A stretch of 64,000 bases of DNA, from contig JAEZCR010000026.1 in the NCBI GenBank assembly GCA_023433465.1, positions 4,989-68,988 of the forward strand, in the 5' to 3' direction. Positions 19,934 to 29,289 of this stretch are shown here, in pieces (position 1 is the stretch's first letter; every line of letters starts with the position of its first letter). Under the pieces are notes generated by a model. It was not told the DNA's origin. It made no database searches and saw only the letters and a list, made by a program, of their open reading frames with translations. The position numbers were made by a program, and so were the translations under genes. Origin of the DNA: Pseudomonadota bacterium. Lineage in GTDB: Bacteria; Pseudomonadota; Gammaproteobacteria; Steroidobacterales; Steroidobacteraceae.

Positions 19934-20809
19934 TTACTCGCCGGTTCGGGCGGCTCGGGCCGGACGCGGAATACGGTCGGTCGTAACGCCTTTCAGCGGG
20001 GGCGCGAGCGATCGCCAACTGCCCCACTGCCCGCTCAGGCTGCGCTCGAGCGGGCCGAGATGCGCATAGATGCGATCCTGCACGAGCACCACGAGCGCGT
20101 CGTAACGGTCAAGCGCGGCGTGGACCTCCGCCGCGTAGGCCGGCGAGTTGACCGGTTCGAACTGCGCGCGCTTGAAGTGCGCCATCATCGGCTCGAAATG
20201 CTCCTGGAGCGCATCGACCGGAGTCTGCGGCTCCCGATGCACGGACTTGGTCTGCGGCGCCGTCGCCATGTGCAGGATGACGTCGTCGAGATTCTTCCAG
20301 GCGCTGAGCGCCGCGCGCACGCGCGTGTATGAACCGGTGAGACCCGAGGCGCTCTCGAGGCGCACGAGATCCTCGCGCAACGCGGCGAGATTCGCGCCCG
20401 CGGAGTCGTCGTGATGATCGTGTGTGCCCTCGATGCCGTGCGTGCCGACGTTGTTCTGTTCTTGGGGCTTGTAGTTCGTGCGGACCTGGAGCTCCGCGTC
20501 CAGCAGCGACAACTCGTGCTGCTTCTGGTTCAGGATCGTCTGGTACAGGACGCGATAGGCGGCGCTCTCTTCCGCCGTCAGCTCCTGCCCGCGCTCGACC
20601 TTCTCGAACAACGCGAGATTCTCGGCGCGGATCTTCTTTCCGAGCTCCTTGTGCGGCGTGACGATGGCCGCCTTCTCGTTGAGAAGATCGACCCGGTCGG
20701 CGATCTCGTCCGCCGTCCATTTGGGCGGATCGAACGGGAAGCAGAGGAACATGAACCCGGCCACCAGGATGGCGGCGGCCCAGACCAGCAAACGACGTCC
20801 CTTTCTCAT
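19934..20809 (-). CDS. N-terminally anchored hypothetical protein
   Basis: Single TM LLVWAAAILVAGFMFLCF, then a helical domain and a His-rich patch GTHGIEGTHDHHDD. Confidence 0.45.
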   Translation of the reverse strand: MRKGRRLLVWAAAILVAGFMFLCFPFDPPKWTADEIADRVDLLNEKAAIVTPHKELGKKIRAENLALFEKVERGQELTAEESAAYRVLYQTILNQKQHELSLLDAELQVRTNYKPQEQNNVGTHGIEGTHDHHDDSAGANLAALREDLVRLESASGLTGSYTRVRAALSAWKNLDDVILHMATAPQTKSVHREPQTPVDALQEHFEPMMAHFKRAQFEPVNSPAYAAEVHAALDRYDALVVLVQDRIYAHLGPLERSLSGQWGSWRSLAPPLKGVTTDRIPRPARAARTGE

Positions 20810-20856
20810 TGTTAGGATGGTATCTATCTACCGGGCGACTAGCCTTGTCCTGGTTC

Positions 20857-21414
20857 TCATTCCTTCCCGGGTACCTCGTATCGCAGCTCCGCGAATCCCG
20901 AGCCGACCTGCCGGGCGGAGATCAGCCGCAGTGGTGGGGCCGTGACGCGCCGCGGAAAGAGTTGTTTGCCCCGCCCCAGCGTCACCGAACCGACCTGGAC
21001 CAGGATCTCGTCCAGGAGACCTGCGTCCCAGAACTGGCCGGCGAGATCTCCCCCACCGACTATCCAGATGTTCTTCGCGCCCGCGGCGGCGCGCATGTCG
21101 GTGTGCACCGGGCGAACGTCTCCGTGCGCGAAACGGATGTCAGCTCCTTGCAGGGCGGGAAGTTCGCGACTCGTGAAGACCCAGGTGGGCTGGGAGTATG
21201 GCCAGGGCGAGCCGGTCGATGCGGACACCGCATCCGAGTGCCTGAGCATCCATTCATAGGTGGCGGAGCCCATGGCGAGCGCGCCGATTTCCTTGATGAA
21301 CGCGGGGTAACTCGTGTCGTTGATATCGCCCAGTGGGAAGAGCCAGTCGAGCGAGTCGTCTTCGGTGGCGATGAAGCCGTCGAGGGACGTGGCGGTGAAG
21401 AACTGCGTTTTCAT
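20857..21414 (-). CDS. Dihydrofolate-reductase-like (RibD C-terminal domain) family protein
   Basis: MKTQFFTATSLDGFIATEDDSLDWLF... and IWIVGGGDLAGQF are typical of the RibD_C/DHFR-like family. Confidence 0.75.
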   Translation of the reverse strand: MKTQFFTATSLDGFIATEDDSLDWLFPLGDINDTSYPAFIKEIGALAMGSATYEWMLRHSDAVSASTGSPWPYSQPTWVFTSRELPALQGADIRFAHGDVRPVHTDMRAAAGAKNIWIVGGGDLAGQFWDAGLLDEILVQVGSVTLGRGKQLFPRRVTAPPLRLISARQVGSGFAELRYEVPGKE

Positions 21415-21471
21415 TGCGGACTCCTTCGCAGCATACGTTCCACGTCGCGCGCCGCGCGGGTGGGGACGGAT

Positions 21472-22251
21472 TCATGGAGTGCAAGTCGTGGAAATTTGCG
21501 CTGCGGAGAGACGCGCCTCCGCTTTCTGGACCGTCTCCACCACCTTTTCTTTCTGTTCGGCCTTCGGACCGCTGCCCGCGAAAAGTCCCGTGAACTCCTC
21601 GAGCGTGCAGTATTCCCGATTGAGGTTCGACGCCAGGTATTCGACGAGTGAAGGCGCGACCGACTTGACCGAATGATGTGCGGAAAGGAGCTGATCCAGG
21701 ATTCCGTCCGGTGAACCGCCAATCTCCTCGACGAGCGCCACCGAGCGCTCGTGCTTCTCCGGCGGAATCGTCGCGGCCGCGCCGACGAGTTCCCTGATTT
21801 CCCGCGCCTTGATGTCGAAAAGCGCGAGCTGCGGCACCACCCTGATGAATGCGCAGTCGCGCGGTTGCGATGCGTCCTGGTTCGGCAGGCGCCTGCAGGC
21901 CTTGGCGGCTTTGTCACCGATCGCCAGCACCTGAGTCTCGCGTCCGCGACCGGACTTCCAGGCGGAGGCGGCCGCGATGCGGTAGAAGCCTACCGCCGTC
22001 GCAGGGTCCTTCGCCGCGATCGCGTCACCGGCCTTCTCGGCACGGATGGACAAGTCGACCATCTGCGCTTCGGAGGTCTCATTTGTGGTCATCGCCACCA
22101 GGAACTGGTCGGGAGTCGCCCGCTCCGCTTCGAGCTTGGCCGAATAGGCGCGCGCCCATTCATTGTCCATCTTGATGAGATCGACCGGCGCTACGCAGGC
22201 CGTCAGCAACAAACAGGGAATGATCCACGCAACGAGCCGTTTCGGTTTCAC
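21472..22251 (-). CDS. Lipoprotein, function unknown (last gene of the TIR/YEATS operon)
   Basis: GTG start at 22251 gives VKPKRLVAWIIPCLLLTAC with lipobox LLTAC. The start overlaps the upstream stop as GTGA (22248-22251). Confidence 0.6.
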   Translation of the reverse strand: MKPKRLVAWIIPCLLLTACVAPVDLIKMDNEWARAYSAKLEAERATPDQFLVAMTTNETSEAQMVDLSIRAEKAGDAIAAKDPATAVGFYRIAAASAWKSGRGRETQVLAIGDKAAKACRRLPNQDASQPRDCAFIRVVPQLALFDIKAREIRELVGAAATIPPEKHERSVALVEEIGGSPDGILDQLLSAHHSVKSVAPSLVEYLASNLNREYCTLEEFTGLFAGSGPKAEQKEKVVETVQKAEARLSAAQISTTCTP

Positions 22252-24077
22252 TTCGCCACTCCCGCCGCACCGACTGCGACCCTGATTGTCTGCTCGTCCA
22301 GGATCGGTACCACTCCCGATTCGATGACCTGGTGGATCATCGTGCGATACAGGAACAACCACTCACTACCGCCCATCTTCTCGCGGTTGTCGGTCACCAG
22401 CTTCCCGAGTTGCGCCGCGAGCTCCCCGACTTTCTTCCCATGGAGCGCCGCCGCCGCGGCGTTGCTCGCATGAGCGCGTATGGCGGCGATCATGGCATCG
22501 CGCAGGGTCGCGCCAAACATCACGGCACCACCTGCTCTTCCAGCCTCAGTCCACTGCGCCACCGCAACAGACAGCAAGTCCCCTAACAATGTATCGAGAA
22601 GGCTTCCCCGCTCCGCATTGCGCTCGACGCCGAGCAGACGGCCCGGATTCGCCGCCACCTCCTGTGCCGCGGCTGCAAGGATCGCCATCCAGTCGTCCTG
22701 CGACAGCAACAGGTGCTCGTCACTCGCCATCGCCGTCACGATCGCCGAGATGAGTCGATCGATCTCCGCGTTGCGGGTCGATGGCATCAATCCAGGAGTC
22801 GCCGCCACTCGTGCGACGACCACGCGCAGGATACTCTCGATGTTAGCGCGACTCCCGAGCCGTCGGAGCGCAGCCGAATCATCCTGCTTCAGCGCCTGCG
22901 CGATCGGAGCCAGTACCGGATTCAACAGCTGCGCGACGAGATTGTCCCACGGCTTGCCGGGATCGAGCAGCAAGCCACCTTCGCGCGCGAACGATTCGAC
23001 GACGCTCGTCGCGAGATCCAGGACCAGCGATCGGTCGATCGCGGGAGCGCCGGCGGCCACGCTTGCAAGATCCTTGAAGACGGCCCCAATGAGTTTGTCC
23101 GTCGAGTCCTGCGTCTTTCCAAGGAACAGATCCGGGCGCGCGGCAGCGAGTTGTGCGGTGGCCTTGAACAGTTGAACCGCACCGGCCTTCGAGACGACTT
23201 CGGTCAGCCCCAGGTCCGCGATCTTGAGCACGTAAGTGCGCGTCAGCGTCCCGAGGACATCGTCGTTGCCAAACTGTGCGCCGAAGAATGCCCCCGGATC
23301 TTCCGCCAGCGTGCGCAGCGCTTCGCCTGCCACCGGGCCCAACACGTTTTCGAGAACCCCTCGCCACTTGATCTGTTTGTCGAGCGACTCCGGCAGGCTC
23401 TCGACGATTTTCGGAAGCGTGTTCGTCACCAGCTTTTGCAGGTGTGCATCTTCGACGATGGCTTCCGGATGTTCAGCCAGCGCACCGAGCCCGGCCTTGA
23501 GGAAAATGGCCGCGACCCTTTCTCCGAACAGGTTGCGGGGACCGAGCGCGTCGGCATTGTCAGGGACCAGGTCCGCCACGCGCGATGCGACCGCCTTGAC
23601 CAGCGATTCGGCATTGCCGTCGAGACCGAACAACTTCGGGTCGGTGGCTGCGAACTCCGCCGCGACATCGACGATGACGAGGACCACGCGCGCAAACGGG
23701 CCCAGCGGCTCCTCGCCCCTGGCCCATTGATTGACCATCCAGTATCCCGCGAACTCGTCGGCGCGAGACGCAAGGTTCTTGTCGGCGATGATCTGCTGCC
23801 GCGCGTGCTCCGCCGAAAGCAGGTCGAATGCGTCCGCGAGTCGTTCCGCGCCTGGCTTGCCCGTGAACGAATCCCAGTAGCGGCTCAGATCCGGCGTGAT
23901 CTTTTCGGGATGGACCTCGAAGTATCCTCGGACCTTCGCCCGCTGTGGAAACGAAATCTTCTCGACGAGCGGCAGGAGCACCGTGCGATCGCGCGCGTAC
24001 TGCCCGATCGCCTCACTACCTGCGCGCTGCAGTCGGGCGGCGGCGCGAACCGCCATCATGATGAGGGTTGGATTCAC
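22248..24077 (-). CDS. Large (~609 aa) all-alpha, Ala/Leu-rich repeat-like protein, function unknown
   Basis: GTG start at 24077 (VNPTLIMMAVRAA...) overlaps the upstream stop as GTGA (24074-24077). No catalytic motif is seen. The first 85 codons of the ORF are Arg-rich and overlap the previous gene. Confidence 0.6.
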   Translation of the reverse strand: MNPTLIMMAVRAAARLQRAGSEAIGQYARDRTVLLPLVEKISFPQRAKVRGYFEVHPEKITPDLSRYWDSFTGKPGAERLADAFDLLSAEHARQQIIADKNLASRADEFAGYWMVNQWARGEEPLGPFARVVLVIVDVAAEFAATDPKLFGLDGNAESLVKAVASRVADLVPDNADALGPRNLFGERVAAIFLKAGLGALAEHPEAIVEDAHLQKLVTNTLPKIVESLPESLDKQIKWRGVLENVLGPVAGEALRTLAEDPGAFFGAQFGNDDVLGTLTRTYVLKIADLGLTEVVSKAGAVQLFKATAQLAAARPDLFLGKTQDSTDKLIGAVFKDLASVAAGAPAIDRSLVLDLATSVVESFAREGGLLLDPGKPWDNLVAQLLNPVLAPIAQALKQDDSAALRRLGSRANIESILRVVVARVAATPGLMPSTRNAEIDRLISAIVTAMASDEHLLLSQDDWMAILAAAAQEVAANPGRLLGVERNAERGSLLDTLLGDLLSVAVAQWTEAGRAGGAVMFGATLRDAMIAAIRAHASNAAAAALHGKKVGELAAQLGKLVTDNREKMGGSEWLFLYRTMIHQVIESGVVPILDEQTIRVAVGAAGVAK

Positions 24078-25237
24078 GGGCCGGCTCCACCTGCCGGCTG
24101 GCCGCTGGAAGAAGGGGGATGCGCAGCGGCAAAGGCGACTCGGAACGCGTCGACAGGTGTACTCGGTGGCGAACCCGCCGCGGCTCCTGCTCGCGCAGGC
24201 GTATCCGGAGTTTCCGGTTCGCGGCTGCTGGAGCGCGATTGCGCGCCACGCGTGAGACTGCGCGCGAGATCGAACCAGAACGGCGCCCCGAGACCGATCA
24301 GCAGACCCGCGAGGCCCACCGAGAGGATCCACTGCAGTCCGCGGACCGAAGCGATTCGATCGACTATCGATCCGACGTCCATCGGCAGAGCGCGCTGCTC
24401 GTCATCCACACAACCCGCATCGCGAGACCTCGGCGCCTTTCCATCCGCGGCAGCCGTTCGCGGCCGGCAGAAAGGCCAATACTCCGTGGAAATCGGCAGC
24501 CCGGTGTCGTCGATTCGCGCAAGCTCGGCGCGCACTCGCTCCGCGCCCGCATCGACGATTTCGTTTGGGGTGGAAACTTCCGGTCCCGCAGGCACCGGCG
24601 GAGCGCTCATCACGTCGGCAGCGCTCCTGGGACGAGGTGCATTCTCGGCCACCTGGGATTCGAGCGCCTGGACGACACTCTGTGTGAGCTTGTCGTCGTG
24701 CAGCAGCGACTTGAACACCCGCACCGCGTCCACGTTCACCGCGAATGCGCACACCATCGAAACGAGCAGACACCAGAAATGCGCCTGGCCCTGGAATCGC
24801 TGCGAAGCCCCCTGCCCGAAGCGATCGAACTTCTGCGCGAGGTCATTGATGATGATCTGCGTGCGTTCGGCTCCTGTCCGGGCAATCGCATCGCCGACAT
24901 GGGTATCGGCGAGGCGCTCGGCGAACTGCATCATCGACATCGATTTCAAATCGGCGGATTGAGCAATCGAGCGCAACCAGCTGGTCTTCTTCTCGTACGC
25001 CTGGTTGCGTGTGACCGATGCCAGGAACTGGTCACGGGCGGTTTCCATCGAGATCCCGCTCAGCGTCGCGGCTATCCGCGTGCTCAGCACGTCGTCGAAC
25101 AGCCGCTCCATCATGAGCCGGAACCCACGTTCGCGCGTCGAAAGAAGCTGGTAGCCCGTTTCGAGAACGATGGTCACCACCGTGGCGAGCGCCAGCATGA
25201 TCAGTGAAAACGCCAGCGCGGCTTCGAGCCAGTTCAT
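24074..25237 (-). CDS. Three-TM membrane protein (candidate YEATS-associated 3TM, YLATT-like)
   Basis: TM1 LEAALAFSLIMLALATVVTIVL, TM2 FWCLLVSMVCAFAVNV, TM3 LQWILSVGLAGLLIGLGAPFWF, and a Pro/Ser-rich C-terminal tail. It lies directly downstream of the YEATS-TIR gene. Confidence 0.6.
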   Translation of the reverse strand: MNWLEAALAFSLIMLALATVVTIVLETGYQLLSTRERGFRLMMERLFDDVLSTRIAATLSGISMETARDQFLASVTRNQAYEKKTSWLRSIAQSADLKSMSMMQFAERLADTHVGDAIARTGAERTQIIINDLAQKFDRFGQGASQRFQGQAHFWCLLVSMVCAFAVNVDAVRVFKSLLHDDKLTQSVVQALESQVAENAPRPRSAADVMSAPPVPAGPEVSTPNEIVDAGAERVRAELARIDDTGLPISTEYWPFCRPRTAAADGKAPRSRDAGCVDDEQRALPMDVGSIVDRIASVRGLQWILSVGLAGLLIGLGAPFWFDLARSLTRGAQSRSSSREPETPDTPARAGAAAGSPPSTPVDAFRVAFAAAHPPSSSGQPAGGAGP

Positions 25238-25252
25238 GAAACCCCTTGCGTG

Positions 25253-26014
25253 CTACGCCTTTGCTTTCGTCGCCTGAAGGATTTGTGCCGTCGCCGCATC
25301 GAGTTCCGCGGAGGAGCCGATATGGAGAGCGCTCCGGTTGGCGAGCGCTTCCGGCACTTCCGCCGCCGTACCGACGAGCAGAGGGATGACATTCTTGTCC
25401 TCGGCATTCATCGCGTAACCCATCTCGAGCTTCGACCACAAGCTGGGTTTTCCGGAGACGATGAAAACAGTCGCATCGGATTTCTTGATGGCCTGCTTCA
25501 CGAAGTGATCCCACTGCTGCCCAGCCTCCAAGTCGTCCGGCGACGCGATGGTGACTCCGTGACTCTTGAGCTTTTCCTTGAGCTGCCTCGCGAGATCGGA
25601 ATCCGCCGCTCCGTTCGAGACGTACACCGTAGGGTGCTGCTCTGGCAGCTCGGCATCCTTCCTGGGTGGCTTGGGTCCGGGCCTGACGACTGCGCGTCCA
25701 CTCGGCTTTTGCGGAACGATTGCGTCGGGCTCCGCCGGGTATTCGAGCTTGAGCTGGTGAACCCGCTTGAGGTTCTTGCCGGTGGCGCGAACGATCTCGA
25801 TATAGATCTTGAATTCGCCCCAACCTGCCGAATCTAGCCGAAAGCCGTTGCTTCGCTTCTTGATGACGCGAACCGGATCGCGAAATGTGGAGTGGAGCGT
25901 GTAGATCACATGTGTGATGACATCGAGCTCCTTCTTCGGCGCTTCGATCCATACGGACCAGTCCCACCAGTCCTTGGCGCTGTAAGTGGACGATTGTTTG
26001 ATCTGGATGGTCAT
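25253..26014 (-). CDS. YEATS-like domain fused to a TIR domain
   Basis: N-terminal DWWDWSVWIE...ITHVIYTLHSTFRDPVRVI...GWGEFKIYIEIV matches the eukaryotic YEATS signature. C-terminal VYVSNGAADSD...ATVFIVSGKPSLWSKLEMGYA is TIR-like. The ATG overlaps the upstream stop as ATGA (26011-26014). Confidence 0.75.
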   Translation of the reverse strand: MTIQIKQSSTYSAKDWWDWSVWIEAPKKELDVITHVIYTLHSTFRDPVRVIKKRSNGFRLDSAGWGEFKIYIEIVRATGKNLKRVHQLKLEYPAEPDAIVPQKPSGRAVVRPGPKPPRKDAELPEQHPTVYVSNGAADSDLARQLKEKLKSHGVTIASPDDLEAGQQWDHFVKQAIKKSDATVFIVSGKPSLWSKLEMGYAMNAEDKNVIPLLVGTAAEVPEALANRSALHIGSSAELDAATAQILQATKAKA

Positions 26015-26706
26015 GACCGGCCTCCATTCTTGAGCGGTATGCCTATCCACTGTGATTCCGCGTTCGACTGCCAGGGTTTCTTGCCGAGGCCTTCGATTTT
26101 CAGCTGGATCTGATCGTCGTCTTTCACGCCCTCGACCCACACGTAGACACCATCGCCTTCGGGCACCGGCGTTACCTCTGTCCAGGCAGTTCGTTCGCCC
26201 TTCGACCAAAGCCGATGCGAACACCGGGCATCGTCCCCGACGGACTTGAGCTTCCGGCCAAGCTCATCGGGGTTGATGCGCACTTTGACCTTGCGGCCCA
26301 TCCTGAGCTTCCATTCGCCAATGGTTTCCGCCAGCCGCAGAAAGGCCTCGAGCGGACTCGCCCGATCGAACGCGATGATCTCGTGGGACTGGTACATGCC
26401 GCCGACGTCCACATCGGTCTCAACCATCGCGATCGCGGGCTTTCCCTTGTTGCGTGCGTAGTTGATCTCGTCTCGCACCCAGTCGTGCGTGGTGTACTTG
26501 CCGTCCGCTTTCGCGTCCCGGCGCGTCAGCAATCCAACCACCGCATCGCACTCATCGATGCGGGCCTGGACGGCGGGAGTCAGCGCTTCGCCGCCGAGGC
26601 GCTCGCCCGTTACCGGATGCGCGAACTGGCTCGCGAACTGTCGCTCGCACCAACGCACGACGTCCCTATCTACATCACGAAACGAGAACCCCAGAAAGAT
26701 CTTCAT
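26011..26706 (-). CDS. TIR-like domain protein with a C-terminal beta-rich domain of unknown function
   Basis: MKIFLGFSFRDVDRD...CDAVVGLLTRRD...THDWVRDEINYA shows a flavodoxin-like TIR/DUF1863 pattern with a W-x-x-x-E motif. The ATG overlaps the upstream stop as ATGA (26703-26706). Confidence 0.6.
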   Translation of the reverse strand: MKIFLGFSFRDVDRDVVRWCERQFASQFAHPVTGERLGGEALTPAVQARIDECDAVVGLLTRRDAKADGKYTTHDWVRDEINYARNKGKPAIAMVETDVDVGGMYQSHEIIAFDRASPLEAFLRLAETIGEWKLRMGRKVKVRINPDELGRKLKSVGDDARCSHRLWSKGERTAWTEVTPVPEGDGVYVWVEGVKDDDQIQLKIEGLGKKPWQSNAESQWIGIPLKNGGRS

Positions 26707-28316
26707 GACTCCTCCCGCATTACGGCGAGATGCGATTTCACCCAGGTGATGATCGATTGGATCCAGATACCCTCGTTGGCGGGATAAGTACCGGGCTTTC
26801 CATTGAGTTTGGTCATGAGCTTGCCGCCCTTGTGATGCAGCGCGACGACTCCCCACATCTTGTTGAACACCGGGCTGCCGGAATTGCCTTCCTCGGTGGT
26901 CGTGCGATAGTGAACTCGACGAATCTCCGGTCGTGGAGGAGTCCCGTTGGGCGCCCCTTCGTGGTCTAGGATTTCGTTGTCCTGGAACGCGTAGGTCTGC
27001 TCCTCTCCCTGCGGGTGCCCGATGACGAAGACCTGAGGCTGAGGGGGATCGGGCTGGATCGTGGGAAGCCCTTTCGCGATGTCCAGCGGCTTCGGATCCT
27101 TCAAATCTCCTTTGAGGCGCATGAGGCAGAAATCGAGATCATCGCGTGGCGACTCACAGATGATCTCGTCGATCTCGTATGACTGATTGGGGTCGATCGC
27201 TTCGAATCTGACTTCCACGACGTCCGGGGTAGCGCCACCTTCGGCGCCCTTGGAATTCAAGACGTGGAAGTTGGTGAGAAGCAGGAATTCACCGGGATCG
27301 TCGTCCACGAAATCTTTCGAGCGCACCAGGAAACCCGTGCCGAATCGCTTTCCGAGCTTTTGCCGGATCGCCGCGACGCCAAGTCCCTGGTCAAGTCCCC
27401 TGATCCACCACTCCCGCGTCTTCGTTCCTTTTTCGATACCGAGTACCGCCTGGAACTGCGATTCGCTTGGAATCTTTTGCAGAGTCGGACCCGGATCCGC
27501 GGGAATCCTGACAGTGGCGTCCGGCAGACTCATCCTCTGGACCTTCAAGACTTCGAGCGCAGCCTGACCGCGATCGTCCTGATCGAGATTCCACACTTCC
27601 TTGAACTGGCGCAGCGTGCTGCTCAAGTGGAACTCTTTGGTCTTCGGCGATGCCGTGTACTCCCGCAGCGCCGATTCGATCGTTTCCCAGTCCTCGGTGC
27701 CGAGACTGGCTTCGGCGAGCGTCGCCAGGTACCAGTCGTCACGCTCGCCTTCCGGAACTGCCTTCAACGCGCTCAACAACTCCTTCGCCAGCTGCTGGCT
27801 ATCTATGTCCGGCGGGTAGTCGATGCCGTTGCGCTGGCAATGCGCGACACAGGCCAGCAGGTTCACGCCATGCCAGGTATTGCGCCTGGTATCCGCCTGA
27901 TATCCCGCACGGTAGGCCTCGATGGCGTTCGCCATCGAGAGCCGCGCCGCTGTCGAAGCGCGAAATCGCGAATCGAAGTACATCTGCTTGTACGACCTGC
28001 CTAACAACCCGGTGACTTCCGCCATTTCCGGGTGATCCGCGGGAATCCGCCGGCGCAGGACTTCGAGCACGTCCTGCGCGGCGGTGATTCGCCCGGTATC
28101 GATGAGCGCCTGGGCATACAGGCGTCGCGGAGTCGGCTCCACGGGCGCCACGCGGCCTATCGCTTCGGCTACGTCGATCAGCAGGCCGAAATCGCGAATG
28201 TTCCGCAGATCCGTCAGAAGCACGTTCGCCGCAGGCGGATCTTTCAGCGCTCCCGTCTTCCTGAGCTCGGCGATGAGCGCCTTTGCGTTGGCGCGGATTT
28301 CGTCGGCGCTCGCCAC
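26703..28316 (-). CDS. TPR-like (ASK1/DUF4071-like) N-terminal domain fused to a trypsin-like serine protease
   Basis: Catalytic triad candidates are H in LLTNFHVL, D in DDLDFCLMRL and S in GNSGSPVF. The N-terminal ~280 aa is a helical repeat with GLLGRSYKQMY and TWHGVNLLAC motifs. Confidence 0.75.
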   Translation of the reverse strand: MASADEIRANAKALIAELRKTGALKDPPAANVLLTDLRNIRDFGLLIDVAEAIGRVAPVEPTPRRLYAQALIDTGRITAAQDVLEVLRRRIPADHPEMAEVTGLLGRSYKQMYFDSRFRASTAARLSMANAIEAYRAGYQADTRRNTWHGVNLLACVAHCQRNGIDYPPDIDSQQLAKELLSALKAVPEGERDDWYLATLAEASLGTEDWETIESALREYTASPKTKEFHLSSTLRQFKEVWNLDQDDRGQAALEVLKVQRMSLPDATVRIPADPGPTLQKIPSESQFQAVLGIEKGTKTREWWIRGLDQGLGVAAIRQKLGKRFGTGFLVRSKDFVDDDPGEFLLLTNFHVLNSKGAEGGATPDVVEVRFEAIDPNQSYEIDEIICESPRDDLDFCLMRLKGDLKDPKPLDIAKGLPTIQPDPPQPQVFVIGHPQGEEQTYAFQDNEILDHEGAPNGTPPRPEIRRVHYRTTTEEGNSGSPVFNKMWGVVALHHKGGKLMTKLNGKPGTYPANEGIWIQSIITWVKSHLAVMREES

Positions 28317-28319
28317 GTG

Positions 28320-29255
28320 TCAGAGCTCGAGCATGGACCGCAACGCCTGGCGGAATTTCGGCTGCTTGAGATACTTCGTGGCGGAATGACGCCACGCGCC
28401 GTCGTTCTCTATCTGGATGTCCTCGATGCGCTTGACGCTCGAGAAGCGATAGTCGTTGGCGAGTTGGGGATCGAGACCGCAGACCGGATCGAGCCGGTCG
28501 AATAGATTGACCCATCGCTTTGCGACCCGTTCGTTCGGAAAGCCTTCGAGCCGCGACCATCCCGGCTGAAGCTTGTCCTGCACTTCGTCGAGCCCCAATG
28601 GACTGCCGATCGTGATGAGACCATCGACCTTGTTGCAGTCGCCGACTCTCTTGAGGCAGTCGTAGGCGATCACCGTTCCCATGCTGTGCGAAACCACGAT
28701 ATGAGGACCGTTCGACGCAGGCTTGTTCACCTTTTCGACGAAACGTTTGCGAATGGTTTGCTGGATGCGCACGGGCTGGCGACCCGGCGGCGCGAAGCTC
28801 ACGTCGAACAGGTAGTGGTGAACATCACGCAGAAACGCGTTCATGATCGGCTTCTTGATGAACCAGGGCAGCGGGATTCGTTCGAAAGAGCCTCCCGCCG
28901 CGGTCGGTGCCGCCGGCGGAGCCGAAGCGATCTCGTCGTCGTCGCGCGAGGTGAGTTTTTCGCGCAGCCCTTCGATGAACGCGGCTTCTTCCTTGTTGGC
29001 CGGCGTGGGGATGTCCTTGGCTCCGGCCGAGTCGGCGGCGGCATCCCTGTTGGCGTCCGTGCTCTCGAAATTGCTGACGTCGGTGATGGGCTCGCCGTAC
29101 AGGAGATCCGCCCAGTACACCATCGACGTGGTTACACCGTCGGTCTCGAGCGAGAGCGGCTCAGCCGCCGCCTCGAGCGCCTCGCACCAGATTCGGAGCA
29201 ATGTCTTCTCTTCGGGCTTGTTGGCGATGCCGTGTATGAAAGTGACGTGTGCCAT
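28320..29255 (-). CDS. Alpha/beta-hydrolase (lipase/esterase-like)
   Basis: Oxyanion-hole VTFIHGI and nucleophile elbow VVSHSMGTV. No signal peptide. It ends 3 nt before the next start. Confidence 0.7.
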   Translation of the reverse strand: MAHVTFIHGIANKPEEKTLLRIWCEALEAAAEPLSLETDGVTTSMVYWADLLYGEPITDVSNFESTDANRDAAADSAGAKDIPTPANKEEAAFIEGLREKLTSRDDDEIASAPPAAPTAAGGSFERIPLPWFIKKPIMNAFLRDVHHYLFDVSFAPPGRQPVRIQQTIRKRFVEKVNKPASNGPHIVVSHSMGTVIAYDCLKRVGDCNKVDGLITIGSPLGLDEVQDKLQPGWSRLEGFPNERVAKRWVNLFDRLDPVCGLDPQLANDYRFSSVKRIEDIQIENDGAWRHSATKYLKQPKFRQALRSMLEL

Positions 29256-29289
29256 GGGTACTCCCTGATTCCTCGTGTACTGTGCCCGA

